In this document: positions 38,079-50,390 of the stretch, piece after piece
How positions within the stretch are numbered: the first letter of the stretch is position 1
How the letters are laid out: every line of letters begins with the position of its first letter
Assembly: GCA_013115145.1 (NCBI GenBank)
Contig: JAAPAO010000092.1
Coordinates: 17,114 to 81,113 of the forward strand
Direction of reading: 5' to 3'
Length of the DNA: 64,000 nt
From: Perkinsus chesapeaki ATCC PRA-425
Taxonomy: Eukaryota > Protista > Perkinsozoa
Notes under the pieces: model-generated
The model's database searches: none
Told to the model about the DNA's origin: nothing
The model's input: only the letters and a program-made list of their open reading frames with translations
Translations under genes and position numbers: made by a program

Positions 38079-38708
38079 TCACAAGACGTTCACGATATCA
38101 CTATGGTTGGCCTCACAGTAGAATAAAACAGCGCACATGGTAACGATATATCCTGCTGATAGTCTAGCCTCGTACAATACTGTTCGTTGAAGAAATATTT
38201 GCCGTAGCCCACTATCCCCTCCGAAGGTGTCTTTGCTCGAAAAAATAGACTTGTAAGCTATATGGCGACGTAGTAACCACCACGCCGTCGCAACGGGTTT
38301 TTTCTCGCTTGCAATGAGTGTTAAAGACCAGCGAAAACTGAGCAAGAGGCTCTCTCCCTGCAGCGTAGTCCTGCTCCAATAGCAATTGGACGTGAGCATG
38401 GACTCCATTCGACGGAATCCGTTGCACATCGGATGGAGGAGCAAGTGGCACTTGATGATCCCGCCCTGATAGAAATGGTAAACTGCCAAGGAGTACAGTA
38501 CATGTAACGTTGCTAACGGGGAGTAAAAAAGATGGCCAGATGGTCGAGCTGCAGTGTACGATACTTCTGAGCAGGTCGGATCGGCGACGACCTGACTCGT
38601 TGGCTGCCCAAATGAAGTAGACAGAGGAAAGGCGCTAGTAGCGCCATCGCTGTCTATGCGCCTTTCCTTCGCGTACTCGGGTTTGGGTTTTACTTCCTCC
38701 GCGTGCAT
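38079..38708 (-). CDS. Hypothetical ORF
   Basis: 209-aa open frame; no recognised motif. Confidence 0.25.
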   Translation of the reverse strand: MHAEEVKPKPEYAKERRIDSDGATSAFPLSTSFGQPTSQVVADPTCSEVSYTAARPSGHLFYSPLATLHVLYSLAVYHFYQGGIIKCHLLLHPMCNGFRRMESMLTSNCYWSRTTLQGESLLLSFRWSLTLIASEKKPVATAWWLLRRHIAYKSIFSSKDTFGGDSGLRQIFLQRTVLYEARLSAGYIVTMCAVLFYCEANHSDIVNVL

Positions 38709-38778
38709 TGCTTTGCTGTGCGTGGATTCAACACGGAAGTGCTAACTTTAGCCATTTCAGCGAATTCTCAGCGTATTA

Positions 38779-39939
38779 TTGTTCCAAACTCCCGATTATA
38801 GTTTAATGACTGGTGTCGCTGCACTGGTAAGCATCAGCGTGATGCTTAATCTGACATACAGCGAATTATCTCTGCCGTTCAGCGATGATAAAGTGACTGA
38901 CATTCTCTTCGATCGACAACCATTAGACTTGTATATGGATTCACGCTCCATTGCTACTTATGTTATCTACAAAGACTGGTATGAGAAGACTTATGGGAGA
39001 TGTCCGCCAAAGACATGTTACACTTGCGCTGGAGGTTGTAACCCTTACCGCGAGGAGAGGTTCATGGTCAAGCTCGATGACGGTAGTCGAATGGAGACGG
39101 TGTTTCATGAAGGTCTTTTGCAATTCGCCGGCCTTAAGCTCAAAGTGAGATTCCGACTCATTATCGAATGGTCTCCAAGCACTGTATACCCACCTAAGAA
39201 GCCTAGGAATCATCTGGGGATTGGATACCGGCGAAATTCGTCTGGTGAGGGGATTTTGTCGCAGCTGTTCCTAAACCACATCATATCCGAGAGAACGGTA
39301 TCGATTTGTACCCCTAGCAGTCCTAGAAAGTTCACTGGTAAGGTTATACTTGGGTCGTTTACGGCAAGCGAGTGTCGGACCACATACCCGCAAAAGCGTT
39401 ATCGAATGAAATCACCCGAGTTGTCCTTCAATACAGCCTTATCCTATGTTGGTGTGGTGAGTGTCGAGGGCAAAACGTTCGTTCACAAAATGCCCAATGG
39501 TTTAGCTCTCTATGATACGGGAGCATATTCCATTATCTTGCCTAAGCCTTACTTCGAGTCCGTATTAAACAAGATGACAGATCTCATCAAGCAAGGTTCA
39601 CATCGGGGTGCTTATGTTAAAACAAAAGACGGTGAATGGTATATTCGACAGGAAGAATATAGATATTTTCCTGATCTGGGATTCGCGCTGGGAGGTTTAT
39701 GGGAGGATACAGCTATACTGATCCCGCCTAAATACTATACGGAACGCTGTAATGGCACTTGGTGTGCACTTCTTCTACAACACCATAGCTCTCCTGAAGT
39801 AATGCTTGGTCGCCCATTTTTTACTTCTCATTTCTCTTCGTTCGGGGAGGGGCCAAGTGGTCTAAGAACAGTCACACTAGCAGATTATGCAAGCAGAGAG
39901 AGATATCAGGGGTCCTTGGAGTCCTTACGAGATAGTTAG
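38779..39939 (+). CDS. Pepsin-like (A1) aspartic protease homologue, intronless, first catalytic motif atypical
   Basis: N-terminal hydrophobic segment, LYMDSRS (first lobe), HLGIG, VILG, LYDTGA (second lobe), MLGRPF. Confidence 0.85.
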   Translation: MFQTPDYSLMTGVAALVSISVMLNLTYSELSLPFSDDKVTDILFDRQPLDLYMDSRSIATYVIYKDWYEKTYGRCPPKTCYTCAGGCNPYREERFMVKLDDGSRMETVFHEGLLQFAGLKLKVRFRLIIEWSPSTVYPPKKPRNHLGIGYRRNSSGEGILSQLFLNHIISERTVSICTPSSPRKFTGKVILGSFTASECRTTYPQKRYRMKSPELSFNTALSYVGVVSVEGKTFVHKMPNGLALYDTGAYSIILPKPYFESVLNKMTDLIKQGSHRGAYVKTKDGEWYIRQEEYRYFPDLGFALGGLWEDTAILIPPKYYTERCNGTWCALLLQHHSSPEVMLGRPFFTSHFSSFGEGPSGLRTVTLADYASRERYQGSLESLRDS

Positions 39940-40084
39940 AACTTGGAGTCTTTAGTTTCGCGTAACTCTGGCAGAGAGTAGTAGGAGTGAAGATAAGATA
40001 ATCTTTACCGATGACCAATGTAGAACATTGTTATTACTCAGGAAGAGTGTTGGGTTAATTATAAGGGTAACCATTGGACCACTG

Positions 40085-40260
40085 GCTGTGGGAGCACTTG
40101 CACATCCACTTGCTTTCCCCATTCAAGCTTTGAAGCTCAAAGGTTTCAAGAAGGCATCCGGGTCATTGTGGCGATCGAATCGCCAGATATGTTCCGGTTT
40201 CGTATCCACTGGCATGAAACACTTCGTTCTCCCAGAACCAGGAAGGAAAGCCAGCAGAGC
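40085..40260 (-). pseudogene. Orphan duplicate of the 3' end of the C2/MCTP-like gene
   Basis: Homologous to ~44310-44440 (ccagatRtgYtccggtttcgtatccactgg shared; FTPVDTKPEHIW-type peptide). Confidence 0.75.
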
Positions 40261-41541
40261 CAAAGCAAGCTCCGGACTGTAGTAGAATCCTCGCTACCTG
40301 AGGTAGCCTACCTCAATAAATGTAAGATATACCCAATTAGTCCGAATCGGGGCATTTTATTAAGAACGTTCATAATAGACAGATGGTCTGGATAAAACTA
40401 AAGTGGACTTCCCAATGACGTAGAGGATAAGATGGATAACTGCTGCTGACTAGTCGTAGGCTACGACTCGTAGCAGAAGGAGCAGCGGCCAAACCGCCAG
40501 GCCTAACGGAGCTGCTGTGAGTGGTCCCCTCCACCTAGCGAGTTGCAATCATTTTTCAACCGAAGACTCCCATTTTTGCCACCAACGGTCGCGATGCTTC
40601 GTCATGAGCATGCATACACAGCACGGACGGAATCGAGGTGGGCGACAAAAGTTTTTTGGGGCCCATCGTGACCGCTGCCATTGAAGATGTCGGCGATGAC
40701 CCCGGCATTCGCCATAAGTACAAGAATTCTAAGAAGACTGAAGGACTACTTCTACTAACTACTATCTCAGTTATAATGAGACATTTTGAAGGCTTCAATA
40801 TTCCGAGTCGAATATTCAATATTCCACTTCGAAATTTTCCGAGTCGAGAGTTGTACGCAGGTTCCGTGGCGCCGCACCACTGGCGCGTGACGTTAAGCAG
40901 GCCTCGACCTGGCGAGCCGTAGATATTCGAATAGAACTTCTAGCGAATATTTCTTACTTAGGTGCCACCAAGCAACTGAGTGCCTCATGCTTCTCCCCAA
41001 CACTCGGTTAGATTATACAGTACGAGCCAGTATGTTAAAAGAGCACCGTCTGATTTACGTGTCCCTTGGCCCAGGATGCACCCACATAACCCATAATCTA
41101 GCCTTGCTGCGAGGGCAAGTAAAGATCGATCGAATGTTAGGCCGCCTTTTGAGTACTACCCTCAAATTAGAGCGGTATGCCACTGCCGGTATTCATGAAC
41201 GGCAAATCGCGATAATTTCGGCATCATGGCGGCTCAGGCGGAGAGCCCGTGGAGCTAGTGAATCACTAGCAGTGATGGGTGATATTCCCTCACGGGGTTT
41301 GTGAGGCAGATTCTGTCTTCTGGCCGGTCAACTTATCCATAGACACACATATCCAACGTTTGTTGTCCATGCATTCTGGCGCAAGGCTCACTCAGTATAA
41401 TTGAACGGCCGGCTGTTAGCCTCGATAGATTCTTGTCTCCGCCTTGAACAAGGGGCCCTCATGGGTTAGCCATCGTCTACACATGATGAGCAACTACCCC
41501 AAGGAGTATCTTCACTGTAGCTATTGTGTCTTTCAATATCA

Positions 41542-43525
41542 ATGTCTGTCCCCTCAAGTGTGGCCTCAACAATAACTCACTCCGATAGTGAATCGCCATC
41601 GTCACGGAAGATTGGTGAACATGGCATAACCAGCAAGTAGTTGGTCACAGACTCGGTTCGCGGTGGAACCTCCTTTAGGGTATTCTTCTTCACTTGCTGC
41701 AACGCTCTCATCTCGCAAGCCCTCTCGACTCCGTATATGTTCACTACTGCTGGATGGATATCTTTTCTATCACAGGCTTTGACAGTACTATTAACTTTTA
41801 TTTCGACAGAACTTCTCAAAAAAGGGCTTCAGAGCGAACAGGTACTGCAACACTATATTGCAGCGAGCTATTATAAACTCTCAGATACTTGCCTATGGGG
41901 ATGAGAAAGGCGTTTCTGAATTCGAGAGAGAGTACACATTTCTAGCTGAGTACTGCGGAGGTCGAGTCGGCCGCGTCTTAGTTCTAATTGTAAGCCTGTA
42001 CTTCATACCGAGTCTGCTCAGACAAGGTATGTCCAGAATGTATATTTAGGTTATATTTTTAAACTACTTCGCTAGTATTGCGACAATCATCGGGGCTATT
42101 GGAGTCTGTGGTGCCCTTATGGCTCCGGCAATAAAAGGTGAAAAACATCGAAATGGCTCACTCACCACCTCTGTTATCAGATGATGTTTGGATCATCATC
42201 TTTTCACTTATTCTATTCGTTATTATCATTGTCCCTTGGCTTAAAAAAGTTGCTGCTGTTATGGGAGTACTAGCGGTTATTGGAACAATTGGAACCACAG
42301 CTTCGTGGGTAAGTCTTTGCCCTTCTGCAAAGGATTCGTATTCTCTTCATTTTTCAGGTCGGTACATCAACTGTAATTTTACCAGATTCACACGTGGTTG
42401 AAAATATGTCTCCACGCCAGCCTCTTATGGACAACATCATCGCCGCTATCAGCCTGTCAGTCTGGGCCTCTGGTGACCTGCCATCCTTGAACCCATTCCT
42501 TGGTTGTGTTAAAGGTAGGCAGCTATATGATGACTTCTACCTTTTACCAGTACGCCTTGTCAGATTCAAGCAACAGGCTACTTGCCAAATAATCTCACTC
42601 CTCTACATTTATATTATGGGTGTGGCAGGTATGCAACTCTGCGATGGCCCTTGTGATGAATTCTATCCGGCAAGCCTCAATGGTGAGAGCCCATCTCTGA
42701 AATCGTGTCACCGCGGGTTTAATATGTGGTGGATTAGGTATTGCTCAAAAACGAGTTCCGCTATGGTTGGTTTATTCCTTGTATATTTTCATATTGCTAA
42801 GGATGCTATCTATGGCACAAGCCAAGATGGTGGCAATAATGCTGGCTACTGAGAAAGCCGTCTGCCATCTTCTAGTAAGCCTGAGTTGACCGCATTAACC
42901 ACCGGCTTGGAGGCAGCCTCCAGGAGGCTCGAATCACAATCGAATCAGATTTCATCGAATCTTCGATGAAATCTCTCTGACTTGCGTGCCTCCGACATGT
43001 ATCTGTATCCATGGCTGGCGACGATCCGTGCTCTCTATGGTTAGCCGTCTCAGGCTTCATTCCAATGGACGAGAAATCTGACGACTGCGAAGGCCTGGCG
43101 ATTGTTCTTCCGACTTTTGGTTGTCGTATCTCTTGCACTAGCTGCAGTGGTAGCGAAAAGTGAACTAGCTTATTTCCAAGTGGTGGCTTCTGCCCTCCTA
43201 ACAACATGTAAGATACGTCCTATTACCCAGTGCAATTCCCTCTGAAGAACCAGCTCTCTCTCGGAGCATCTGGTGGATAATCGTCGCAAATTGATAGAAA
43301 ATGCAGGCGATCGCTCGCATTCAAATACCCCGGATGGTGATTATTCAGAGTATCTTTTGAGATATGTTCTCCTCAGGTTTATTATATTTATGCCCTTTAT
43401 GGTTTTATTATAAAGTGATTGAGCCCCCAGCCATTCAACGCTATTTGATGTATTTGTTTGTTGTATTAATTGTCACATTTATAGCACTGGCTACATATAT
43501 TTCCTTCATGAGGGTCTTTGCCTAG
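41542..43525 (+). CDS. AAAP/Aa_trans amino-acid transporter, copy 2
   Basis: Spliced FFFTCCNALISQALSTPYMFTTAGWISFLSQALTVLLTFISTELL...EYTFLAEYCGG...VIFLNYFASIATIIG..., multiple TM segments, ending ISFMRVFA*. The last splice is not fully resolved. Confidence 0.8.
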
Positions 43526-44290
43526 TGGTGTCTCGACTATCACCGATATTGTTAATGCGTGTGTGGTGTATGTTTGCAGGATTAACTCTTTTCGCATTCG
43601 CCAGCTCGCAACTGGCAGCAATACCTCTCGCGAAAGGGTCTTTCTAAAGACTTCAGTTATCGTGCTTTTTCTAACCACTGACACACTGTCCGGTGGTGGA
43701 TTATTACTTAAAATTTGTCTTAAATAAGTTATAGGTAACGACTCTTTACTAATACTTTACATAAGCGTCGTCCGTTCAAAGAGGCTCGCCTAGAATAACG
43801 CGGGTGCTGACTCGATGCTGATGAGTAATGCTATTTAAATCATGTGAATAAGACTCCGTTTAGCTATCTGGCCATTTGTTACGAAGTACTCACAAAACAG
43901 GCTTTTTAGCGAGTATCGGGTGAAGTTCTCCGATACAGTCCCCCGTGTCGCGTTGTTCAGTCTTGCGGACTGAGTTCTCCAAATTAACTTGGTATATCAC
44001 TTCATTTACACCATTATCTAGCAGCTTGGTGGCTCTGAGCAGATATACCCTCGAATATACTATCCATCTTCCACGGGCTAACATTCACTTCACTATTTCC
44101 CAGTCAAGTTCAAGCTTCTTCCAATCAATTTGAAAACAATGGGATCACCACGTTTTTAAACGATTTTTCATTCACTGTAAATAACTAAAACACGAACGCT
44201 CCCGTCGGGAAGTTACACATTCATTAGTTCGCATGGATTTCACATTAAAGTGCGGATTTAGCTTCATTTCTATGCTTTCAGTTGAATGCT

Positions 44291-47200
44291 TCAAGAGGCC
44301 TCTTCTCTTTGCTTTGCCTTTTTGCTTCTCCACTTCAAAGCTTCCAAGAAGGCATCTGGGTTATTGTGAGGATCGAACTGCCAGATGTGCTCCGGTTTCG
44401 TATCCACTGGTGTGAAGCACTTCATCTTCTCGAGCCCAGGACTGCCGAAGCACGCCCCGACCCCCATAATACCGCGGATGACGCGATTGATGGTTCTCGG
44501 CAAGCGGGTTCCGTTTGTGAGTAGTTCGATGCCAATGAGACCAATGATGGGGCGTGCCAACCACCTCGCTGCAACAACGACCATGGACCATATCAAGCCA
44601 AATGCTTTGGGATATACGAGACCTATAATTGCCAATCCTAGGAAAATGGATGCTAGTCTGGCGGACTTGGCGAAATCTGATTCCCACTTAAGAATTCGGG
44701 TGTACTCAGTGGTGATACGAATCCACTTTGACATTTTCCGTTGAAGGAATCGCACTCCTTCTTGAGCGTCCTTCGGCGCGAACTTCGAACAGAAGAACAC
44801 AAATCCGAGAGATTTAGAACCCTGGAACTCAGGAAGTGGGTCGGCGTTGTCGTCAACTTCCTCTTCGTCAGTGGATTCTTCAGACTCCGTCGCAGACCAG
44901 TCCTCACACTCATCGCCAAGACCAACGACATTAGCTGTTCCCCGACCAAGAGCGATACCGGTGTTAACTGCACCGGCACCTACGGCCGCCACTGCACCAG
45001 CGACACCTCCCACTGTACCAGTGACAAGCCCGGTTAAACCGAGCGCCGTACCTGCTTGGTCGACGAATAGAAGCGAATAGGCTTCGACATGTTTGGTGAC
45101 CTTTGATGAGACCCTTAGCTCCGTCCTGCTGCAAGCCTTTGACGGGATTCGCGAAGACGCCAGCTACACCAGAGGTAATCTTGCCGCCAGCCTAGAGCGA
45201 TACCGTTTCACGGTGCTGGGCGGAAGGGTACGACCTGTGTGAAACCGTGGACGGCTCCGGTTGCGAGGTTTCTATGATTCCTGTTCTGCTTTAAAATATT
45301 TTTTTGTTTTTTCTTGTCTTTCACTGCAGCCGGTTTGGTGAAGCCAGGAAGTCCGTATAGATCGTCCAGAGCGCCTAAGGTTAATAACTAATCACTTAGT
45401 CGCGTAAAATAGACACTCACGACGGCTCGTGCCGATCTTCTTTTTCTCGGGAACAATCGTAGAAATATTCTGACATGAATGGCTCGAACAGCATGAGGTA
45501 CAGAAGTTACATACTTCTATAAGAGCTTGAGCAACTGCAGCTTGATCTCTATCGCCTTTGTCCCCAGCAAGGCACTGAAGTCTACCCTTCGCTTTTGTTC
45601 TGTAATAGCTCCTAAGGCGACCAACGTGGAAGGTAGTTAAGAGACATGAAGGCCCTCATGGGTATTCACAACGAACCTTGCCATGATCCCCACTAGTAAC
45701 AGATTGATCATCCCAAATAGCCTGTTTCCCGGTAGCCACCTGCACATCGCCAACCAAGACACCATCGGGATAACGGAGACCCTGGCGGAGATAATGAAGT
45801 GGCTTAATCATCGATCGCTCACTTGAGATATTCTGGATCCCATCGACCAACTCTTTTGAATTCGAAGAAGGCACTGAGGAGGATGCATGGCTTACCGTTG
45901 GCGAGGTAAGAGGCGGGGTTTGAATCGAGATACCGGCATCAACTCGAGGACGGCGATTCAGTTTAAAATGCTCAGCACTTTTAACATAATTTTGGTATTT
46001 AATGTTAATCTTCCACTTTGGGGTTGGAAGATCCGAGCGAAACGAGATCGTCAATGATAATTTATCATCACCCTGAATGGTTACTCTCGGAAGCTCTTGT
46101 CCCATAGGAGTTCTTTGATTCGCATGGCTGAGGTATACACACTCGACGGGCTGTATCTAATATGAGCGATGATGATAATCTCTGTCATTCCGGACAGGCT
46201 TACGTACTTCGGCAAGTGTCGCAATTTCTCCGGAGGTAGGGCAAAGTTGGCGCATATCTGGTCAATCTTAGAGAGGTAATCGACTCGGATGGAAAGCTTT
46301 ATCCTTCCACAGTAGAGACCATCTACGGTGATTAAGTCATACCGAGCCACATGAAGGTGACGCACCGTAAGCTTCGCTGGGCTCGAGATGAAACCAACCC
46401 TCAACCGTCTTTCCAGGTACAGCTTTCCGTATTGGGAAAAGTACCTGTCGTGTCCAAGTGGCGTATGAACAATGTGAGGGCGCGTTCAACACCCCAAACC
46501 ACGCATTCCGGATCAATAGTCTCGCTGTTGTTTAACCCTCTGGTTTGCCCTCTTACCTCACCAAGGACTTCGTCCTCGCCAAGCATGTTCAAAGCGGAAC
46601 GTCTAAGCATCACTCTTAGTCGTAGAACAGTTACTGGGTGATAAACATGTAGCACGAAGGATTCATTGCAAAGGTACTCTTCTCTCGTCTTCTTGTAACG
46701 CATCAAACGGGCAGTACGTCCAGCCCTGATGACAAGGTGACGACTAAATACTTCTAGGCTAACACCACCTTCGTTTCTTTCCTCCCGAACAAGCCATGTG
46801 CAACATGAGGTAAGGTCTCACACCCCCCAAGATGCCCCGAGGAACTCCCTTCAACGAGAACGCCTGAGCCTCCCCCATGCCGGTCGTCTAGAACAACCGC
46901 CTTACATTTAGCGTTATGGCACCGCAAGGGCCATTTTCTTCAAAGACGGTTTTTGGTTTCTTGGGGCCCAGAATGGCCGTGACTCTATGAAAATCTCTGT
47001 CACCAGGTTCAAGACCATCAAAGGTAGTGTTGTAATGATGCATATGCGTCAACCACACACGCTTGTCTTCGGGCACCGCTATTGGGGCAGCAGCAGTGGC
47101 TGGAAAGTAGGGAATGGTCGAGTGTTGTGACGTGACGCGGCTTACATAATCTCATCTTGAAGTTCTCTCTGGAGTCAGGTTCCCAGGTTTTGGCGATCCC

Positions 47201-47362
47201 GTCTGCCGGAGGCGCTTCCCCGGGTGAATCGAGTTTCGGTTCATCCTCGGGGATTGGCGTGATCTCGCCCTTCTGCGCCTTTTTCTTGCCGAAGAAATGT
47301 CTCTTTTCAGGTTTCTCTTCATCAGACGTTTTATCCTTCTTTCCCGCTAACCAGTTTTTCAA
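44291..47362 (-). CDS. C2-domain membrane protein (MCTP-like), multi-exon
   Basis: C2-like ESFVLHVYHPVTVLRLRV...EDEVLGEVR; C-terminal ILKWES followed by a hydrophobic hairpin, similar to the MCTP PRT_C region. Confidence 0.65.
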
Positions 47363-47424
47363 CTTGTGTCCTGTTCTAATCTCCCCTACAACAGCATCGT
47401 CAAACAGAAGGTCGTCCGAAGACG

Positions 47425-47497
47425 TAAAGCTAATAGAAAGCTTTTATTGAAAGGTAAAAGAAATAAGCTATTATAAAGCTAATAGAAAGCTTTTATT
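47425..47497. repeat. 24-nt AT-rich direct repeat x2 upstream of the C2 gene
   Basis: taaagctaatagaaagcttttatt at 47425 and 47474. Confidence 0.85.
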
Positions 47498-47815
47498 AAA
47501 ATGATGATTGAAAATTATTATCGCTGACAACTCGATGACACATAGAAGCGTAGAAGCGAAAGTGGAAATTATACTTCATTTGGAACTGCATAAATTTATT
47601 TTAGGGCGGAAAAACCGCCCCCGTCCATTCTCACCTTTAGCTAGTGCTGCATCCACGTTAACCTCCACAACCTCTGGCAGCCTCGGGGACTGTGGCGGGG
47701 TAGGCGAGGAGGCCATGAGCTCGAGGGTGGACTGGCGGCGCTCCTATGAAATCGAAAATTGACAAACCGAACAAAGATTAGGGATCAGAAATCTATCAAA
47801 GAAAATCACGGAGAT

Positions 47816-48341
47816 CTACTGGATGTTGAGGACTTCAATCTCGAAGTTGAGGGTGCCGTTCGGTGGGATGCCCCAAGCTGAGATTGGATGGCATGGCGGC
47901 GCTCGTAGGAGGCAGTGGCTTACCAGGAAAACCGCCGGCGCCGTATCCTTCATCAGCGGGAATGATCAGCTCTCTAACCTCACCAAGATGCATTCCGAGG
48001 ACCTGTGAGGATCTTTATGAAAGGTGTTATTAGCTCTGGACTTACTCCTTGGTCCCAGCCTGTGATGACCTGGCCAACGCCACTCTGATAAGTGAAGGGC
48101 TTCTGACCTGCATGAAGGGTAAACAAGGACTGAAGGCTGCTATCGTACCGGCATCTTTGGTTGACCAAAACTTTGATCCAGTTTCCTTGACCTTGCCAGT
48201 AGCGTGCACAGTGACCTGAATAATAAGATGTACTTGGTGTAGGGTATCCTAGTAAGGTACAGTGTTGCCCTTGACGACGGCGGGGCCATTGCCAGCCTTG
48301 AGGATCCGATAGGTGGTTCTATAGCCGGGAAGAGCCTGCAT
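47816..48341 (-). CDS. FKBP: FKBP-type peptidyl-prolyl isomerase (FKBP12-like), 5 exons
   Basis: The spliced product MQALPGYRTTYRILKAGNG...VTVHATG...[56 protein letters not shown] is complete. Confidence 0.95.
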
Positions 48342-48660
48342 GTTAAATACCAAACTGTTCAGCAAACCGTCTGTTCAATTTAGGCGTAATCACCGAGATT
48401 TGAGGCACTGGTGATGAGTTTTGTAACTGAAAACCGACGCTGAGGCGGCCACATGCGAGTTGCCAAGATGACGTTTTGGGCAGCCCATGGCGATTTCAGC
48501 TCTGGACCAGATTGGCAGAGTAGCCGGTTCAACAATCGCCAGATCATTTATCGACCAATCGGGGGCAGCAGCAGGGCACAGCCGTCTCGAGACTGCCACA
48601 TGCGCTGCAGTGAAAGGTGCATTTTTATAATCGATCATCCGGGCGAGCGCTATTTACAAA

Positions 48661-50390
48661 GTGATGTGTTATGACAGTCTTGGTGACTATTTTGGTTACC
48701 TATGGGTGGTAACTGTGATGTTAGCTTTACCATCACCTCCTACCAGAGGCACTAGTCTATTTCCTTGCATTGAAGAAGAGGAGGAGGAGGCAGATTATGG
48801 GTGTAGGACTGCTCTCGAGGGCTGGCCGAAAGTCGCTGGGTTAGGTCATGATGCGAGGGACATGGTGGCATCTTTGGTGGACTGTTTGGGGCAGCTTGAC
48901 CTCTGTCCAGAAGATTCTCCCAAGGTTGATTCAGTGCCCTTACTTTCTAAGTGAAAAGCTGTCTTTAGGTCCCTTGTGGTGGCGGTTTGTCCAGATCTGC
49001 CTCGACCTCAGCTATGTTGACTGTGGCTGGCGGGCGTGGTGATGCTTCGGTGGGCGAGCAGAGGGTGGGGGAGGTCCTACCGACAGTACAGGATGTTAAG
49101 AGCTTGCATAAATCAGTAATAAAGGGGTCGGGTGGGATCGAACCTGAGTCGTACGATGGTTGGCCTAGTACACTATCCACAGGTCCAAATAGCCTCTGTT
49201 TCGCACAGGCTTTGGCCAGTCCCAGTGGACCAGCAGCCCCCATACTCATCCGTCACCATGACGCCCTCTCCCGATAGCCTTTCCCGTCATCCCTGTGGTC
49301 CTGAGGGGGGTGCTGTGACTCTTGGATGCCCTCTATGCGACCTACAGATCACCAAGGCCGATGGTGACACCAGTGCCTCCGCTGTCTGGGGTCATGCTTA
49401 CTCCATTTGCTATTCCAAGTGGGTTATCAGGTCACCTGTATGAGCACATCTATCAGCAGCATCACAGAGACGGGATACTCCGAGTTGAGATGCCTGATAG
49501 ACCGGCCTACCTCCTCCATGCGTGCCACCGAAAGCAATGTAACTGAATCAGGACCAACCATTCGGAGGCTCTCCTGCCGTAGGTTGGTCTTTACCTAGCA
49601 GGCCAGTAAGGGCACGCCGAGACAGCCGGGCGTCTGCTTCCAAGACGCCAGAGGGCGGCGGCGGCGGCCCAACTGAGTCACCTTCCTCGACAGCGTGTAG
49701 TGTGGTGGTGAGGGAGAGCCTTTCCGGTGGGCACTACCACTGTCCCCTTTGTGGGATGCTATGTGTTGGTGATGCCCTCGGTGGTGGAGTGAGGATGCAT
49801 ATCATCGGTTGTAAGAGCTCCGGCCGCCGAAGGCTTGGCCCGAGCATGATAAGGGTCAGCAGTGGGGGGGGGCACGGGGTACCGACAGCGAGCGCGCGAC
49901 AGATACAGAAGGTGGACCGTCTATGTGAAGGAGCTGACCACAGTCAGTCGGTTGATACAGTAGTGAGATTGAATGCCGTCGCCGAGGATCGAACTCGGGA
50001 TCTAAGGTTCCACAGTAATAATAAACTGTGTTGTTCTCGTTGTTGGTGTCCTCCAGATGAGGTCCAGACTCGCGAGTTCCCTCGGGTTTTATCCTACCTC
50101 GAGCAGCTTGATTCGCCCGGTATTGCCCACCGCCCGGCCCGGAAGAAGTGGAGTTCTACCAGTGTCGAGCAGCTTGTTATTTTGGGTTAGGTATCGAAGG
50201 CTATATGACATTCCGGAGCTGGAGGAGGCTCGAGTGGAGGACTATGTTGACGCGTTGTGTCTGAACGCTTTGGAGGGTCGAGGGATGGATTTCATCGGGG
50301 CGAGGATGACATTAATAGGTAAGGAGGCGGAGGAGACAGAATTTGTGTCGGAGCCGGTGCAGGCTCTGGAGTTCCACCGGTGATCTTCCG
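48661..50390 (+). CDS. Hypothetical multi-exon protein with two CPLC..H..C (C2HC) zinc-finger-like motifs
   Basis: GCPLCDLQIT...WGHAYSIC (~49325-49410) and HCPLCGMLC...MHIIGC (~49737-49812). Splicing is not fully resolved. Confidence 0.4.
49116..49168 (+). other. Candidate intron containing an antisense tRNA 3' fragment
   Basis: GTAATAAAGGGGTCGGGTGGGATCGAACCTGAGTCGTACG...CCTAG. The minus strand shares CGACTCAGGTTCGAT with the IMPDH intron. Confidence 0.5.
49974..50015 (-). other. Complete tRNA 3' half (His-like, GTG), antisense within a probable intron
   Basis: CTGTGGA ACCTT AGATC CCGAG TTCGATC CTCGG CGACGGC A: canonical spacing and a perfect T-stem; no 5' half upstream. Confidence 0.75.

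Noticed and set aside
44385-45080. Plus-strand ORFs overlapping the C2 gene (and similar antisense ORFs across the window)
   Set aside because: Shadow frames of well-supported genes on the opposite strand.
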